DNA of 64,000 bases from contig NC_092352.1 in the NCBI RefSeq assembly GCF_963676685.1, positions 85,622,001 through 85,686,000 on the forward strand, written 5' to 3'. This document shows positions 27,213-40,800 of the stretch, one piece after another. The translations under genes and the position numbers were made by a program. Position 1 is the first letter of the stretch; the number at the start of each line of letters is the position of its first letter. The notes beneath the pieces are model-generated. The model did not search any database. It saw only the letters and a list, made by a program, of their open reading frames with translations, and was not told the origin of the DNA. Source of the stretch: Mytilus edulis. Lineage: Eukaryota.

Positions 27213-29069
27213 TAAACATGTAGCAAAACTGATTTATCAATTTAGAGGATTTTAACAGGACAGGTCACAAAAAATTAAGCCTTTTATATTATATATATAT
27301 ATATAAAAAATTCTAATTTAATTTAATGCTTTGTAAATAATTTATAGTTAATAATGTGATCGAAAAGTTAGTATTCTCTATATCTTTATATGTTGCAGTG
27401 TTATATACGATAACATTAAAAATACACGGTTGAATTGTTATACAAAAGTAATCGTTCTTTAATTCGTTATAATTTGAAAACAAAACATTTGTAGTTGTTT
27501 TAAATTTATATTTAATGCGTTTCCCTCGGTTTTAGTTTGTTACCCCGATTTTGTTTTTTGTCCATGGATTTATGAGTTTGAACAGCGGTATACTACTGTT
27601 GCCTTTATTTTAAAGAAAAGGAAAAAAAAAAACAATAAGGACAACATTATAACTTCTAGAAGGAGTTTATTTTGTCAAAAGATTTTTTTATTCATACATC
27701 ATTTTATTCTATTTGTTCACGATGTTTTGAAAATTTTGCAAATATATTTTTTTGGGGTATAAAACTAACGTGATATATATTAATTTAAATTGAAACACGA
27801 CTGTATTGGATAATGGAGATTTTATTTCACTGGGGCCACCACTTTTACAATTTTCAATTATAACCATGTTTAAATACTTACCTTAAAGAATATTTATGTT
27901 AATACCCTAAGCGTTCTATTTCTTTATAATGGCCTTAAGTATTTGCCTCAGTCTTTAGTGGGACATGTATCTCCGTTTTGTATGCCTAAATTATTTATTT
28001 ACACGAAGGAAAAACTGGAGAATCAAAACTTGTTAATTTTGCTATTATGTATTGAATGACCGACATATAAAGCATACATATGTTTTATGTACAATATTTT
28101 CTGCGTTTAAATAACAACACTCAAAGCGACTTCCAAATTGTATAAATAACATTCACAATACCATTTATAAATTACATTGCAAAATACCCATTCCTATAAC
28201 TTATGTCTCTTTCGTTATCCTCGAGGCAAAAATATTAAAAAGTTCATAATCGATGAACAACGTTGATTCTGAGGAAGGCGGCAAAATATAAAAGGTAAAA
28301 AAGTACAGCCAAAAACGGACCTTTAATAACATTCATCATTTCAAAAAACAAACATCCTCTCAGGCTATACGTATTTTAATAACATATTTTATTAACTAGA
28401 AAATGTAATAAAAGTGAAAAGATTGAAATATAGGTCTGTTCACATTCTATTCAGAAACCGATGTATGTATTTTTTTTTTACAATTTTATACCTTTTGATT
28501 CATGCAACAATTTATGCGGGAGTCATTATAAACTCAATATATTTAAACGTTGTATATGTTGCAGGCATTTAGAAAATGTTCTTAATTTAGTCATTTTGTA
28601 AAATTTTGAAACAAAATTCCACAATTGAACTGTCCAGTTTCAGGCAATTTGTAGAAGATTAATATCATTGAGATGTATATGACAAAAGTAGAAAAAACAC
28701 AATATCTTGCAAAGCAAATAACTAATGGTTCGGTAGAATTAATTTATTTTCCAAAAAATCATCTGGGAAGGTTTGTATGTCATATGATGAGATTTTTTTA
28801 ATTGTGAATCTACGTAAAGTATGTACTCACTCAGGATTTCAGATAGTGAAATTATAATTATTTAGTCAAAATGACAGGAGGACAAATTGTTCTTTCATTA
28901 GAACAAACTATCTAACGATATTTTAGAAAGTCCAGAATCAATACAGTGAAGTGAAACATATGAAACAGACAAATGGAGGTTTGTTTATAATTGATTGTTT
29001 GCTTATTTCATACATTCTTAAGATGAGAATGATTTGGTTATAATTTATATGAGTATGTTCTGCAGTGGA

Positions 29070-29264
29070 AAGTAAAATCACAAAAATACTGAACTCAAAG
29101 GAAAATTCAAAAAGGAAAGTCCCCAATCAAATGACAAAATCAAAAGTTCAAACACATCCAACGAATTGATAACAACTGTCATATTCCTAACTTGGTACAG
29201 ACAAGTGTCTAATGTAGAAAATGGTGGATTGAACCTGGTTTTATAGCTAGCTAAACCTCTCACT
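29070..29264 (-). mobile_element. 5'-truncated retroposon copy with 9-bp target-site duplication (family also at 33954-34157, 36017-36160, 38515-38600, 54090-54520)
   Basis: tgcagtgga at 29061-29069 and 29265-29273; shared end aagtaaaatcacaaaaatactgaactc. Confidence 0.75.
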
Positions 29265-31609
29265 TGCAGTGGATTATTCTGAATAAAGGACAGGAATTAC
29301 CAGTGCCGCTTTCCCATTTATACAATGGGTTTCGCGATACGAAGCGGTTTATGATTGTGATGCCAATATATGAGTATCTTATATTCACTGCGTCCAGTTA
29401 TCGATGAATCACACGTTATGGGCAGATCTGATTCACTGAGTTCTGTCCGTTAAAAGCTATTAGCCAAAAGATACAAGTCAATCTAATCATGATAATGTAC
29501 TTTGAATCTTCTGGGAACATATAATTTTTTTTAAAAAAGATGCATATGTGACGTTTGTGCTCATTGCGAAACCCAATGTTGTTGAATGTTAAGTGTTTCT
29601 CAGAAATGGTAATGGAAGTGCATAATTAGTGCTAATCCAGGTTTCTCCAAATGTGGTAGAAGTGCGGAAACCAGACAAATCAGGACAAATAGTGTGATCA
29701 GTTGTATCATCCAAACATTTTGAGAAACTACAAATAACTGTGCTTGTGTTAATTTGGAATTATTCAGTAAAATTTATTCTTGATTATTTAAAATCTTATT
29801 TCTTATTTCAGTAATTATCATAAATAGAACTGCTCCGGTGTTCAGGGCTTTCAATTGTTTTTTTTTTTTAATTTACATATTATTCTATAAACTAATTTCA
29901 GGCTTTACAAAATGCCTAAATTTAGAAATGCCTGTAACATATACACAGTAATAAGCTAACTTTCCGTAATCAATAGGAATACACTAGTGAGACTGGATAA
30001 ATTATGAATTGTATTGTTTTTCGTATGAAGTATAGTTTCTGTGCATAAAAGGTCGCGTTAGGGGAGCATTTCACTAAAATTGAGAGATCAGTTTATAAAC
30101 ATTACGATGAAATTAACTGTGCATGTGATTTAGAAACAAATTCTACCGTTATGGTTGTCAAGATGGATGGAAACACCAACAGATAAATATAATTGAGTAA
30201 CTTTTGCAAAAAATCAATTAAAAGCAACAGTAGTAAATCAATTAAAAGCAACAGCAGTACACCGATTGAGAGAAAGCAAATCTTGGTTACAAACTAAAAA
30301 CCAAAAACACTAAAAAAACTATAAGAGTAAAAAAACAAAAAAACTACAGAAACACTGATTTTCAACAAAAAACAAACGACAATGCAACACACAAGAAAAC
30401 GAACTATAAGGTAACAACTGTCCTTTTCCTGAGTTGGTTGAAATGAAATGACAGGAATACAACACAAATGAATGCAAGAACTCTCAGGACAGAAAAAAAC
30501 ACAAATAGACAATGCAATAATACATTTCGACGTGTTAACAATAGAATAAAAACGAACACGTAAAACAACCTATGTAGGACAGCACAACAGAACCAGAAAT
30601 ATTTGGGTAGTTTGGGTATCAAAGGAAAGCTTTTTGGATCACTTTAGAACCCTTAGTAAAAGTTTATTTTGAATAATAAAGATGTATATAGAATGTTGAT
30701 AGGAGGGCACATTTGCCCTGTTGTTCAATTAAGAAGAACCTGTTTTTTTGTACTATCGAACTTCTGGGAACCAGTACTCTCTTATATGAAATTAAAGGTA
30801 CAGGTATGTTGAATTTTTCAAAACAAGTCATGTTAAGGTACTAGTACAGTTTAGACATTAAATAACTGTCCCTATATTTGAACTTAAGACAAAGACTCCA
30901 TTTATGCTTGAAATTGCAGAATTTAAAATAGAAAGCAATGGGGCCATTTATTAGTGTTTTTTTTTTACCATGAGTGGTTTTCTGTTTTGAATTTTCGATA
31001 TTTTTGATTTTACATTTTTTGTAACGATAACATATTGTTTATGGAGTCGATGTTTGTGAATGTACTGAATAAATATGAGACAATAATGATTTTTCTGATC
31101 TAATGATAGACATCTTTGCAAGGCAAGTGTTAAGATCAAGTCTCACCCTCTCTGTGGATCGTTACCATTGGCGGGCAAAGACGAGGGATTAATTGCTTAT
31201 CCACATTTACCATAATTTGGCATAAATAGAATACTAGTACTTGTTTGTTTTTAATGATTTTCACATTCGTTATTAATTTTGTTTTTCAAACATTTTGGTT
31301 CTAACTCCACTGGTGAACCGCGTGTATGCGGACATTACATTACCGGCCTTCTCAGTTAAAAGGGGTCGGTTTCACAAAAAAAACTTACAACTAAGATTGG
31401 TCTTAAGTCATGAACAAATCAATATACTTACGATTAATCTTAGTCGTAAGTTTTTTTTGTGAAATCGAATTCTGGTTTCTTGTTCAGTCTTTCATCGGCA
31501 GCAAATCGAGTAGATAACACAAGCATCACTGATGTTTTTCTCATCTTATAATGACATAGATTATGCACAATTTTTAAAATGATATTATTTTTTTTTATTG
31601 AAATCGTTC

Positions 31610-31848
31610 TTATGCACTTTTCAAATAGTGATAGCATGTCACTGGAACAGATCTTCTAGATAAGGCAAATGATAAACAGTCTGTATTCTGGAATGCATCT
31701 AGTCTTTGCGAAAGACAGTTTTCCAGAAAGGTTTTTAAGTGTTGTACATGTGTTTTATTATGATGCCAGTTGGTATGAAAGTCCTCCACTAAATGAAATA
31801 ATTTATCAGGTATAGGCAACACACTTTTATCTAAATAGCTTGTCCTCT
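31610..31848 (-). CDS. FOXRED2: FOXRED2-like terminal exon 10 (copy A)
   Basis: TTTCAG|AG; [27 protein letters not shown]...CYHYLKSA, then TAA at 31612-31610; AATAAA at 31599-31594. Confidence 0.9.
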
Positions 31849-34800
31849 CTGAAATATATAATTAGGAGCAAAATATAAATTCAAATGGCAGTATTATTTA
31901 TCAGATGAAGCTTAGACCTGATGAACAAATTCAGATTTTCATGCACGTTTTTCATGTTTAAGGTCCGTAATCAATAGTTTTTGTTGTTGTTTTCTGGAAA
32001 TAAATTCTAGTCTATAACAGTCAAGTTCTGTAAAATTGTATGCAAATGTAATTTTTTTTTATCAGATCAATGTAAAATGTATTGGTTTAAATAAGATTGC
32101 AACAACATTGACAAATGGAGATTCAATTTCACTGGGGCCACCATGCAATCGTGTCTGCACGTAACAATAAGATAATAGTGACGATCTATTTCAATATGTA
32201 TATATACCATTTCAAAACACAAGGCAGAGGCTGTACGGCCTAAGTTTCCAGTGGAAAAGTAATCTCTGTTATATTTTTTTTTTTTTTTTATATATATATA
32301 TGAAACCATAGAGTATAACAACGAGTTTTTTCTCAGCCGGGTTTTTCTACCTCGCCAAAATTGTCTCTCTATCCAAGTAGAGTAAACGTTTCGGCCGATT
32401 TCTCTTTTTATATTGTTATTTTGTTATTCAAACATATTATTACAACTGTTTTGATTACTCATAAAAAAGGTACTTCAATTAACTCATGAATATATCATAT
32501 GTTCTGAATATCATTATATTAACCCTAAGAAGCATGTATAGATCACCATACATTTTTGTAAACAACTGATACACTGTACAATACAACATAGAGTTTGTGT
32601 TGAATAGAAATTTTTTTCCTTTCCCTTTCTGCTAGGCTAGACAGAGATTTTGACTATCATTGATAGTTGCACAAGGTACAAGATTAAAGCTAGTATTAAA
32701 AGTTGAAATTGGATTTCGGGCCTCATCTCTACTAAGGGTAATATTGACTTTAATAGAATTGCCTCATTTCAATTTATTGTGTTTTGAGCGCCTTTTATTC
32801 CACAACTATATTCGCGACCAAAAGGATGAAGTTTATTCGTTTTTATTTTGTTTATGTTGTTTTTTGTAATCTGTTTATCTTTTCGTTGTTATCGCCATGA
32901 AGTTGTCTTTAATTGAATTCTGAGTTTGAATATCCCTTTGCTATTTTAGTACATCTCCAACATACATTTTTGAAAATATATAATAAAGAAGTAATACTAA
33001 ATGATAGCTTCGCGACTTACTTGGAGGGACGTGGTAGAAGTATAAAACCGGATGTAAAAAGTTTGATAGATGTGCATATCTCGGTTCTGTAGCTGCCCTG
33101 TCCTCTCTGAATACATCCTCTGACGGACCATGGTAATCCTCTCCATATTCCAGTCCCCAAACTATCATGCTCTTATTGGATATCGATTCTCCAGTTATTT
33201 GACCAAATTCTCGAATTAAATTAATAGGAAATTCCTCAAAATATTCAAATGAAATACTGTAATATAATGAAGATGTACAAATTTAAAAAAAAATGACAAA
33301 GTAGCTACAAAAATGTCATTTTAAATAATTAATATTTTGCTAATTTTTCCATAACAATTTTGAAATATATTTGAATTGGAAATACAAAGCTAGCATTAAA
33401 CTTTAAAGAGGATTTCATAAGTTGCTTGCACTCTTGTTATTAAACGAACATTGCAGATTATAAAATACTACTTTACACAAATTGTGAAAGGAAACAAATA
33501 TATTTAATGATCAAATTTCGATCATGAAAGCATCGTATTGTGCAGCATCTTGTAGAATATATGTGAACCAAAATTTCCCGACATGCATTGCGTTTGGTGA
33601 CCATTTAATTTAGAGAATACTTTAAGAAATTTATTAGAAAAAATGGGTTCTTAACAAGGAAGTTATAATGATAGCTAAAATTTAGAGTTACAATTCTAAA
33701 TAAAAGCTTACCTGTTTATCAATATAACATCTACCAGCTGTCCAAACATTTGGTATATTCCAGAAGCTTCATTTATCCTTTTCACTGTAAGCGGAAGCAA
33801 GTTAGAAATACTGTATGCTTGTTTTGGCCACGTTTCACCATGATATCGCCATGATAAGATTTTGTTTAAAGCACGAGCTGAAAGAAAATAAAAGCTCAAA
33901 CAAAATTTAATCATATTTTTAGGAGAAACACGAAAGATCTTACTAGGTGGTAAAAAGTAAAAACACAAAAATACTGAACTCCGAGGAAAATTCAAAAAGG
34001 AAAATCAAAAATCAAAAGGCAAAATCAAAAGTCCAAGCACATCAAACGAATGGATAACAACTGTCATATTCCTGACTTGGTACAGGCATTTTCTAATGTA
34101 GAAAATGGTGGATTGAACCTGGTTTTATAGCTAGCTAAACCTCTCACTTGTATGACAGTAACCAACAGAACTATCAAATTGAATTTATTTATAGCAATGC
34201 CGTTGTCAGCCTGATGTTTGATTCTACATATTATTTTATTGAAATCTTTAATATATGTATAAAAATATTAAATATTACTACAATATATATATACGGCCGT
34301 ATCGGATGTTCATATTGGTGTCGCCATCAGACAGGAACAAGTCAAAAAGTGTCTTTGAACTTTTTTTTCACAGAAACATTCACAGAGTACACCAAAACAA
34401 TTTAAAAGTTTTTAATTATAAAACTGGTCACTTTATATGTGTCTTTAAACCGTAATTTCAAAATGCAAGTGTGTGTGTGTTTGGTGTCAAATAAATAGCA
34501 ATTATGCTACATATTGTATTTTGTAAGATAGAGAAATAGTATGTCACCTGAATATCGGAATCCGTGTATGAATCCTCCAGCCGATTTTCTGTGATCAAGT
34601 GAATGGGTAGCAGTGCCAACAATATAGATCCCCGGTATATCTGTTGATTGGTAATCAGGGGTGATTAATGGATACTTTCCTTTATAACCACCAGATAGCT
34701 GACTTGTGAAAGGGAAGAATCCAAAATTATATTATTAGAGTTTGACAGTCTATATAAGGTTAATTACCAAGAGACAGATAGCAAGGGACAACAATAAATA

Positions 34801-37800
34801 TGTAAATGAAATCTTCTTATAAAAAATTCAAACAAGAATGTGTCGATAGCACACGGATGCCAACTCGCATTATCATTTTCTATGTTCACTAGACCGTAAA
34901 ATGGGGTCAAAAATATAATTTGGCATTTAAATTAAAAAGATCATATTATAAGGAACAGGTTTACTAAGTTTAACGTTGATTGGACTCCAACTTCATCAAA
35001 AACTACCTCGAACAAAAAAATAGCCTGACGTCGGACAGACGGACGAACGAACGGACCTAGAGATCCGAAAACATAATGCACCTCTACTATAATAGGTGGG
35101 CATACAAAATACAAACTTTTAACGGTTAGGAAAATTATGTAAATTTTCCACCAGTTCATATCCCACTGTTATCCGATATCAATGTAAATGCGGTACAAGT
35201 GCAATTGGCTGATTTTATTTTGGTTCTCCTTAAGATAATTTCTGTAAATACTCACTTTGAAAATATAGAAGTATCAAACCGGAACCCGAGACAACGAATG
35301 ATTTGATCGTATGGCTTTTGTAATGGATCATTTTCAAACTGTCCCCATATTTTTGCTGCTTCTTCGTCAGCATCAGTCAAATATAGACCATCTTTCTTTC
35401 TGACTATCATATAATCTTCTATATTTCCATATTCTAAAAACCCATCCAAAGATTTCAGCTGGTAAGTGTCTAGAATTTCATTATTGATAGCCCTGAAAGA
35501 ATACAATACTTCATTTTATAGCATGGAAGTCTCGAAGAAATAAAGGATAATTTGCGATATACACGGTGTCGACGTAAAAAGCAAGCTAAGAATAAACAAA
35601 AGGTCGGAAAAAGCAGGGAATTATTTATGTAACTCATGGTATCAAGTTGAAAATATATTTATGTTACTTGGCGAAAAAAAAAAAGTGGCGAAAAATATAA
35701 TGTTTTGGCGAAAGAGGTGGCGAAAAAAATAATTGACCCCGGGGAAACCCTGGTATCAACTCTAAATTCCTAACTTTGACATAAAATACACGAGTCTTCT
35801 ACTGGAATAATTGCAGAACTACGAAACAAGACACACAATGCAAGGAGTTATCCAACTGGGCATATTTAGTCTTTTTATGTATGCACCAATGTAAATATCC
35901 ACAACACAATCACTATATTTCACAAAACAAAAGACTTAGATTTTCGACATAGCTTTTACTTCTGTAATAGGAAACCGAAGAACAAATTTTACTGTCGTTA
36001 AATATCATTTACATTTAAAATGCCTGTACCAAGTCAGGAATATGACAGTTCTTGTCCATTCGTTTTTGATGTGTTTTGTCATTTGATTTTGCCATGTGAT
36101 TATGGACTTTCCGATTTGATTTTCCTCTGAGTTCAGTATTTTTGTGATTTGACTTTTTACTTAAAGCACAATTAAAACATTTGCAATTCAAATCAGATTG
36201 AACAACCTATGTCTGCATTCGATTCCTTAAGTATTGTTGCTTTAACAAACATTCAAAGATGTTAAAAATGAAATCCATAAAAATTGAATCCATATGAATG
36301 AAATAGTACATATAAATTAGTAAACACAGTCTCTCTTCATACTATGAAATTTCTTGTCTTCATAAAAAAATTAAAATAACTAAAAATAGAATAAATAAGC
36401 CAAAAAGGTATAGTTTGTGAGATTCTTGACTAGATTTATTAGATTTTGATGGTCTAGCTTAATAGAGAATAAAGTACATCCATCTCCATGCAAACAAACT
36501 GACGGTTACATAAATGCATAATCAAAGTGAAACTAGCAGATTCACATAGATTAGAATAAATTATCTGAACCAAGTTTATTTAAATGATGTAACCTTCTTT
36601 TAATACACAATTTGATACCATTTTCTGCTAATACATACTGCACCAAAGATTTGATATAAACTGTTTTTATTGAACGACATAAAGCCGAAAATTTCGTTTT
36701 CATCAGATTTGAAAGAAAAAAAAATATTCATGAGAAGAACATAATGTTTGTTCACCACTCCAATAATATATACCCCGCTCCCCCATCCCTTCCCCCCAAA
36801 AAATATACTTAAACGAAATAATTATTAAGTTGTCTACATCTTGAATACATTGTTTATTATATTACTGTAATAAATATTTCAAACCAGGAAATATTGAAAC
36901 AATGTTGTAATCTTTACTCATAAATATGTTTTACGATATTTTTATTGCAATATCTCGAGAAAATAAAAATGCAAATTAACCAATTTTCTTCTGCTCTCCG
37001 TGAACCACGCTTTTGTTGCTTTTCTAATATCAGAAATTATGAAGCGCACAAATAAAATTATGTATTAATTACAAAATAGAAGTAGCGGAGACTACAATCT
37101 ATTGAATTGCAATTAATCGTGATATTGTTTGTTGACGAAAATTCTTTTTAATTGGCATTCGAGTGTCTATTAATGACAAAATTAAGGGAGATAATTTGCC
37201 CATTTTATTCATTATCTGCAGACGACAAAAAACATTCATGACTGATTGACAGATAGTTGTGTCTTGTGGTATAAATATAGAAAAAGAAGATACTAAAAAT
37301 TCAATATCAGACGAATTAGTTGTTGGAGCATATTTTGTAGACGAAAATTTGAACTTTGATAAGGACGACCTGATAATTAGAAAACAATAAATGTCCATTG
37401 ATCACCATAAATAAGTAATGTCAAATAAACATTTACAAATACATTGTTTTTTCAAGGAATTATTTTCTTAAGATTGCACAATCATTTTACACTTTTTTTC
37501 ATTTATTACTTTTATTCCTTTTGGTATTTGATATTCGTTTTTTCTTGTAGACAGAAAATTATGTTATACAATTATACAATTTCAAAAGAAAATAAACAAT
37601 CAGATTTCTTTATACTATTTTCTATACTAGTATTTTAATCCATTTGTGATAAGTCTCCCTATTCATCCAATTACTTGAAATGAAATATGCGTCCAAACTA
37701 ACGAAGAAAAATACTCCCCCCTTAACAAAAATTAAAAAAAAATATAAAACCCAACCGAAATACCTAAAGTAAACCCCCAAATGTTAAGACCAACATAAAA

Positions 37801-40800
37801 ACAAACAAAAATCGACGTTAGGAAACCAATAATCAATCAATCCTTTTTAGCAATTCAATGTATAAGATTTTCCTCCCATTACAATAAATACTCGTTTTGT
37901 TTTATAAAATATATCAAAAACATACCTTATATCTCCAACATAATGGGTTTCCCATGCTAAACGAATCCTGTGTCGCCCAATCATATGAACATAGTTAGTT
38001 CTATCATAAATTGCCTGAGCTGTTTCAAAAGCTGAGTTTCCTCTACCTTTGAAAAGAAATAATACAATGTATATCATACAATGTTTTCCATTTCTTAAAC
38101 CTCAAGCCTGTAGCCAGGGATTTCCAAGGGGGGGGGGGGGGTATCTGGACTTTCGAACTCAACTTTAACATTCACAATCAAACAGATCGTTGACTTTAAC
38201 AGAGCTCATTTGTTTTCAAGGGGGGGGGGGGGTCATACGAACCCCGCCGAACCCCCCTGGCTAAGGGTATTATCCTTGAATATACATTACTAAACGTTCC
38301 GTTAGAAGTTCTAACAGTATGGCCACAGCCTATGTTAGTTAACGTTTTGGGCAACCTTAAGGTATATGAGGTTTTTGTAAACCGCTTTTTTATTTTTGTT
38401 CGTGGATTGTTTTTTGCCATGATTGTCTCTATCTTTTAAGATGATAAAACAATTACTTATTACACTTGTAGATATAAAAATGTTTCTCAGGAAAACAAAT
38501 CTACTCTCGTTTCACGTGTTTGGTCATTTGATTTTGCCATGTGATTAGGGACTTTCCGATTGAATTTTCCTCTGAGTTCAGTATTTTTGTGATTTTACTT
38601 TTTTTCTTTTTCATACCTCAAGTGTTTGGCCTTGAGCTTTCCTTATATAAAAAAAAGGATAGCACTTCGGACGCCGACAATTATGATGTTTTGTTTTCAT
38701 GTCAACAACACTGGGTCCGTACTGTTCTTATTGGACTATCAGTTGGCACAGTGGTCAGTTCTTTGGTACTGCAGTACTGACATGATTTGCAGAAAACCTT
38801 TCTAAAAAGAGGGACGAAAGATACCAAAGGGACAGTCAAACTCATAAATCTTAAATTGTCCGTTTAGAAATGCATGTATAAGAAACTAAGATTTCATCTC
38901 CCTAAGCTCTTCTAGCAATTTAGATACATAAAAAGGTGTTGTTTTAATTTATTTGTACATGTTTAATAAAATCCCCAAATACTAATATCAGATGCAATCA
39001 AACAATATGAATTACCTAGTATTAAAACAGATTTCCCTTCATAATCAGGACCAAATGTTGATATGTCTTCATATCCGTCCGTAAATTCGATTCCAGTTAC
39101 ATTTGGTTTCAACGGTAAAGACAGTCCCGTTCCAACTATAACTATACTGTAATCGTAAAAAGTTCATTAGCATTTAAAAAATAAAATAAAACTGTAGAAG
39201 AACATATAGAACTGCGACAACTTAAAAAAGACAAAAACATTCTATAACCAAATTTAAAATAAAACGTATATGCTATATATCCTTGGCTTTTTAATATTCG
39301 GCTTAAACAGTTTCTGATGATGGTTAATAAAAAAACGCTTCGGACGCATGCATTTTATTATGAGTTGTATTCATCATTTCCCGTGAAAAACGTTATCGTT
39401 TGTCAAAAAAAGAAAAGATTTTGAGAACTAGGCCAGAAGCCATTTTATGAATGTTGTCATCCAGTAAACTAGGGTGGAATAGCTACCATCTTATACGAAT
39501 TTTCGTTTGAATTCTTTCTAAAAATCTTGTGAACAAAAATTCAGTTTTAATCGATTTCTTACACCCAATGATATCTACTTATCATTCTAAACAGAAATCA
39601 TCCATTCCTTTCGATACTTTTGGTGCTTTTGAATTTTACAGATAATGTTAACGGACAGACAGACAGATGAACAATATGAATCCCGCATCCTTGATGTGAT
39701 GCCCAATCTTACCTAGTTTCTACTTATGATAATTCGACTTCGAATATGCTTTGGGCTTTCGTCTTTTGTTTAGTATCTTGTGCCGGCCTCTAGCTATATT
39801 CTCTGATTTTATTTGGCTGTTCTGTTGCAATTTCAACAGTACGGTATTTTTTTATTACGACAGCATCAACTGGAAATCCTTTTATTTTCGAAGTTTTCTG
39901 GATAATGCAAGAGACTTTTGAATTTTGACAAGTCAAATTTAATATTCTAGAAAAGAACATTAAAGTCCAAAGAAATGATAATAATTTCATCAAAACGTCT
40001 CATCCTAATTTAATTTTATTCATCTAAGCTTCCACTAAAATTGCCAATACTAATATATTTAAAATCTTCAAAATATGAACACGTACTTGCAATGTGTTAT
40101 GTTGTTATGTTGATCTTTTAGAAGGAACCACATGGGCTTCATCTTTCTGATATTCTTTATTTCTATATTGTATCGGATATTCAGTTTGTAATATGAAGCA
40201 TATGTGTTAATGTAACTGAAAGAAAATAGGATTATATTACTTTACCTTACATGATTTGTAATCAATATTCAATAATAAAGTCTGATGAAAAAAATTGTAA
40301 TATAAAAAAATGAATCCTTTATTGAAATTGGTTGAATAAGTCTGTTTTTATATGACAAAAAAGAAAAAAAGTATAAAGAAAGTGCTGTATTTTTTAAAAA
40401 AGGCAGACAGTTTGCGTCAATCCTTATAAAAGTCCTACATTTAAATATATAGTTGAAATACTATATGATATCAGGGCAGCAAGTAGGAATATTTTTTCGC
40501 TTACTTTTTTCTATAGAACATTTGTTCTTGCGCCTTACCTTTTTGACGAAAGTTGTAGTATCGTAAAACTTTCCTAATTTCATAAAAATGTATAAATATA
40601 TAAATATATTTATATATGATTATCACGTATCATGAAACTACTAAGGACTTGATCTTTATTCATATGTTTCACCTACCTCATATTTTGTTTAAAAAAAAAT
40701 ACAATTATAAAGATTCTAACTCAACTGAATGTCATAAGATCGTCTACCTGATGTAGCTGTCAGCTGTTGGAAACATTTCTTTTGAAAATTCCTTAAATAG

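Noticed and set aside
29281-29470. Possible LINE RT remnant (LTDRTQ on minus strand) or lost exons 1-5 of copy B
   Set aside because: No downstream GVPQG motif and no similarity to FOXRED2 exons 1-5.
30951-31139. Conserved-looking 60-62 aa ORF also at 46503..46685 (likewise 32660..32869 / 44199..44486)
   Set aside because: Identity comes from the recent inverted duplication; non-ATG starts and no sign of coding constraint.
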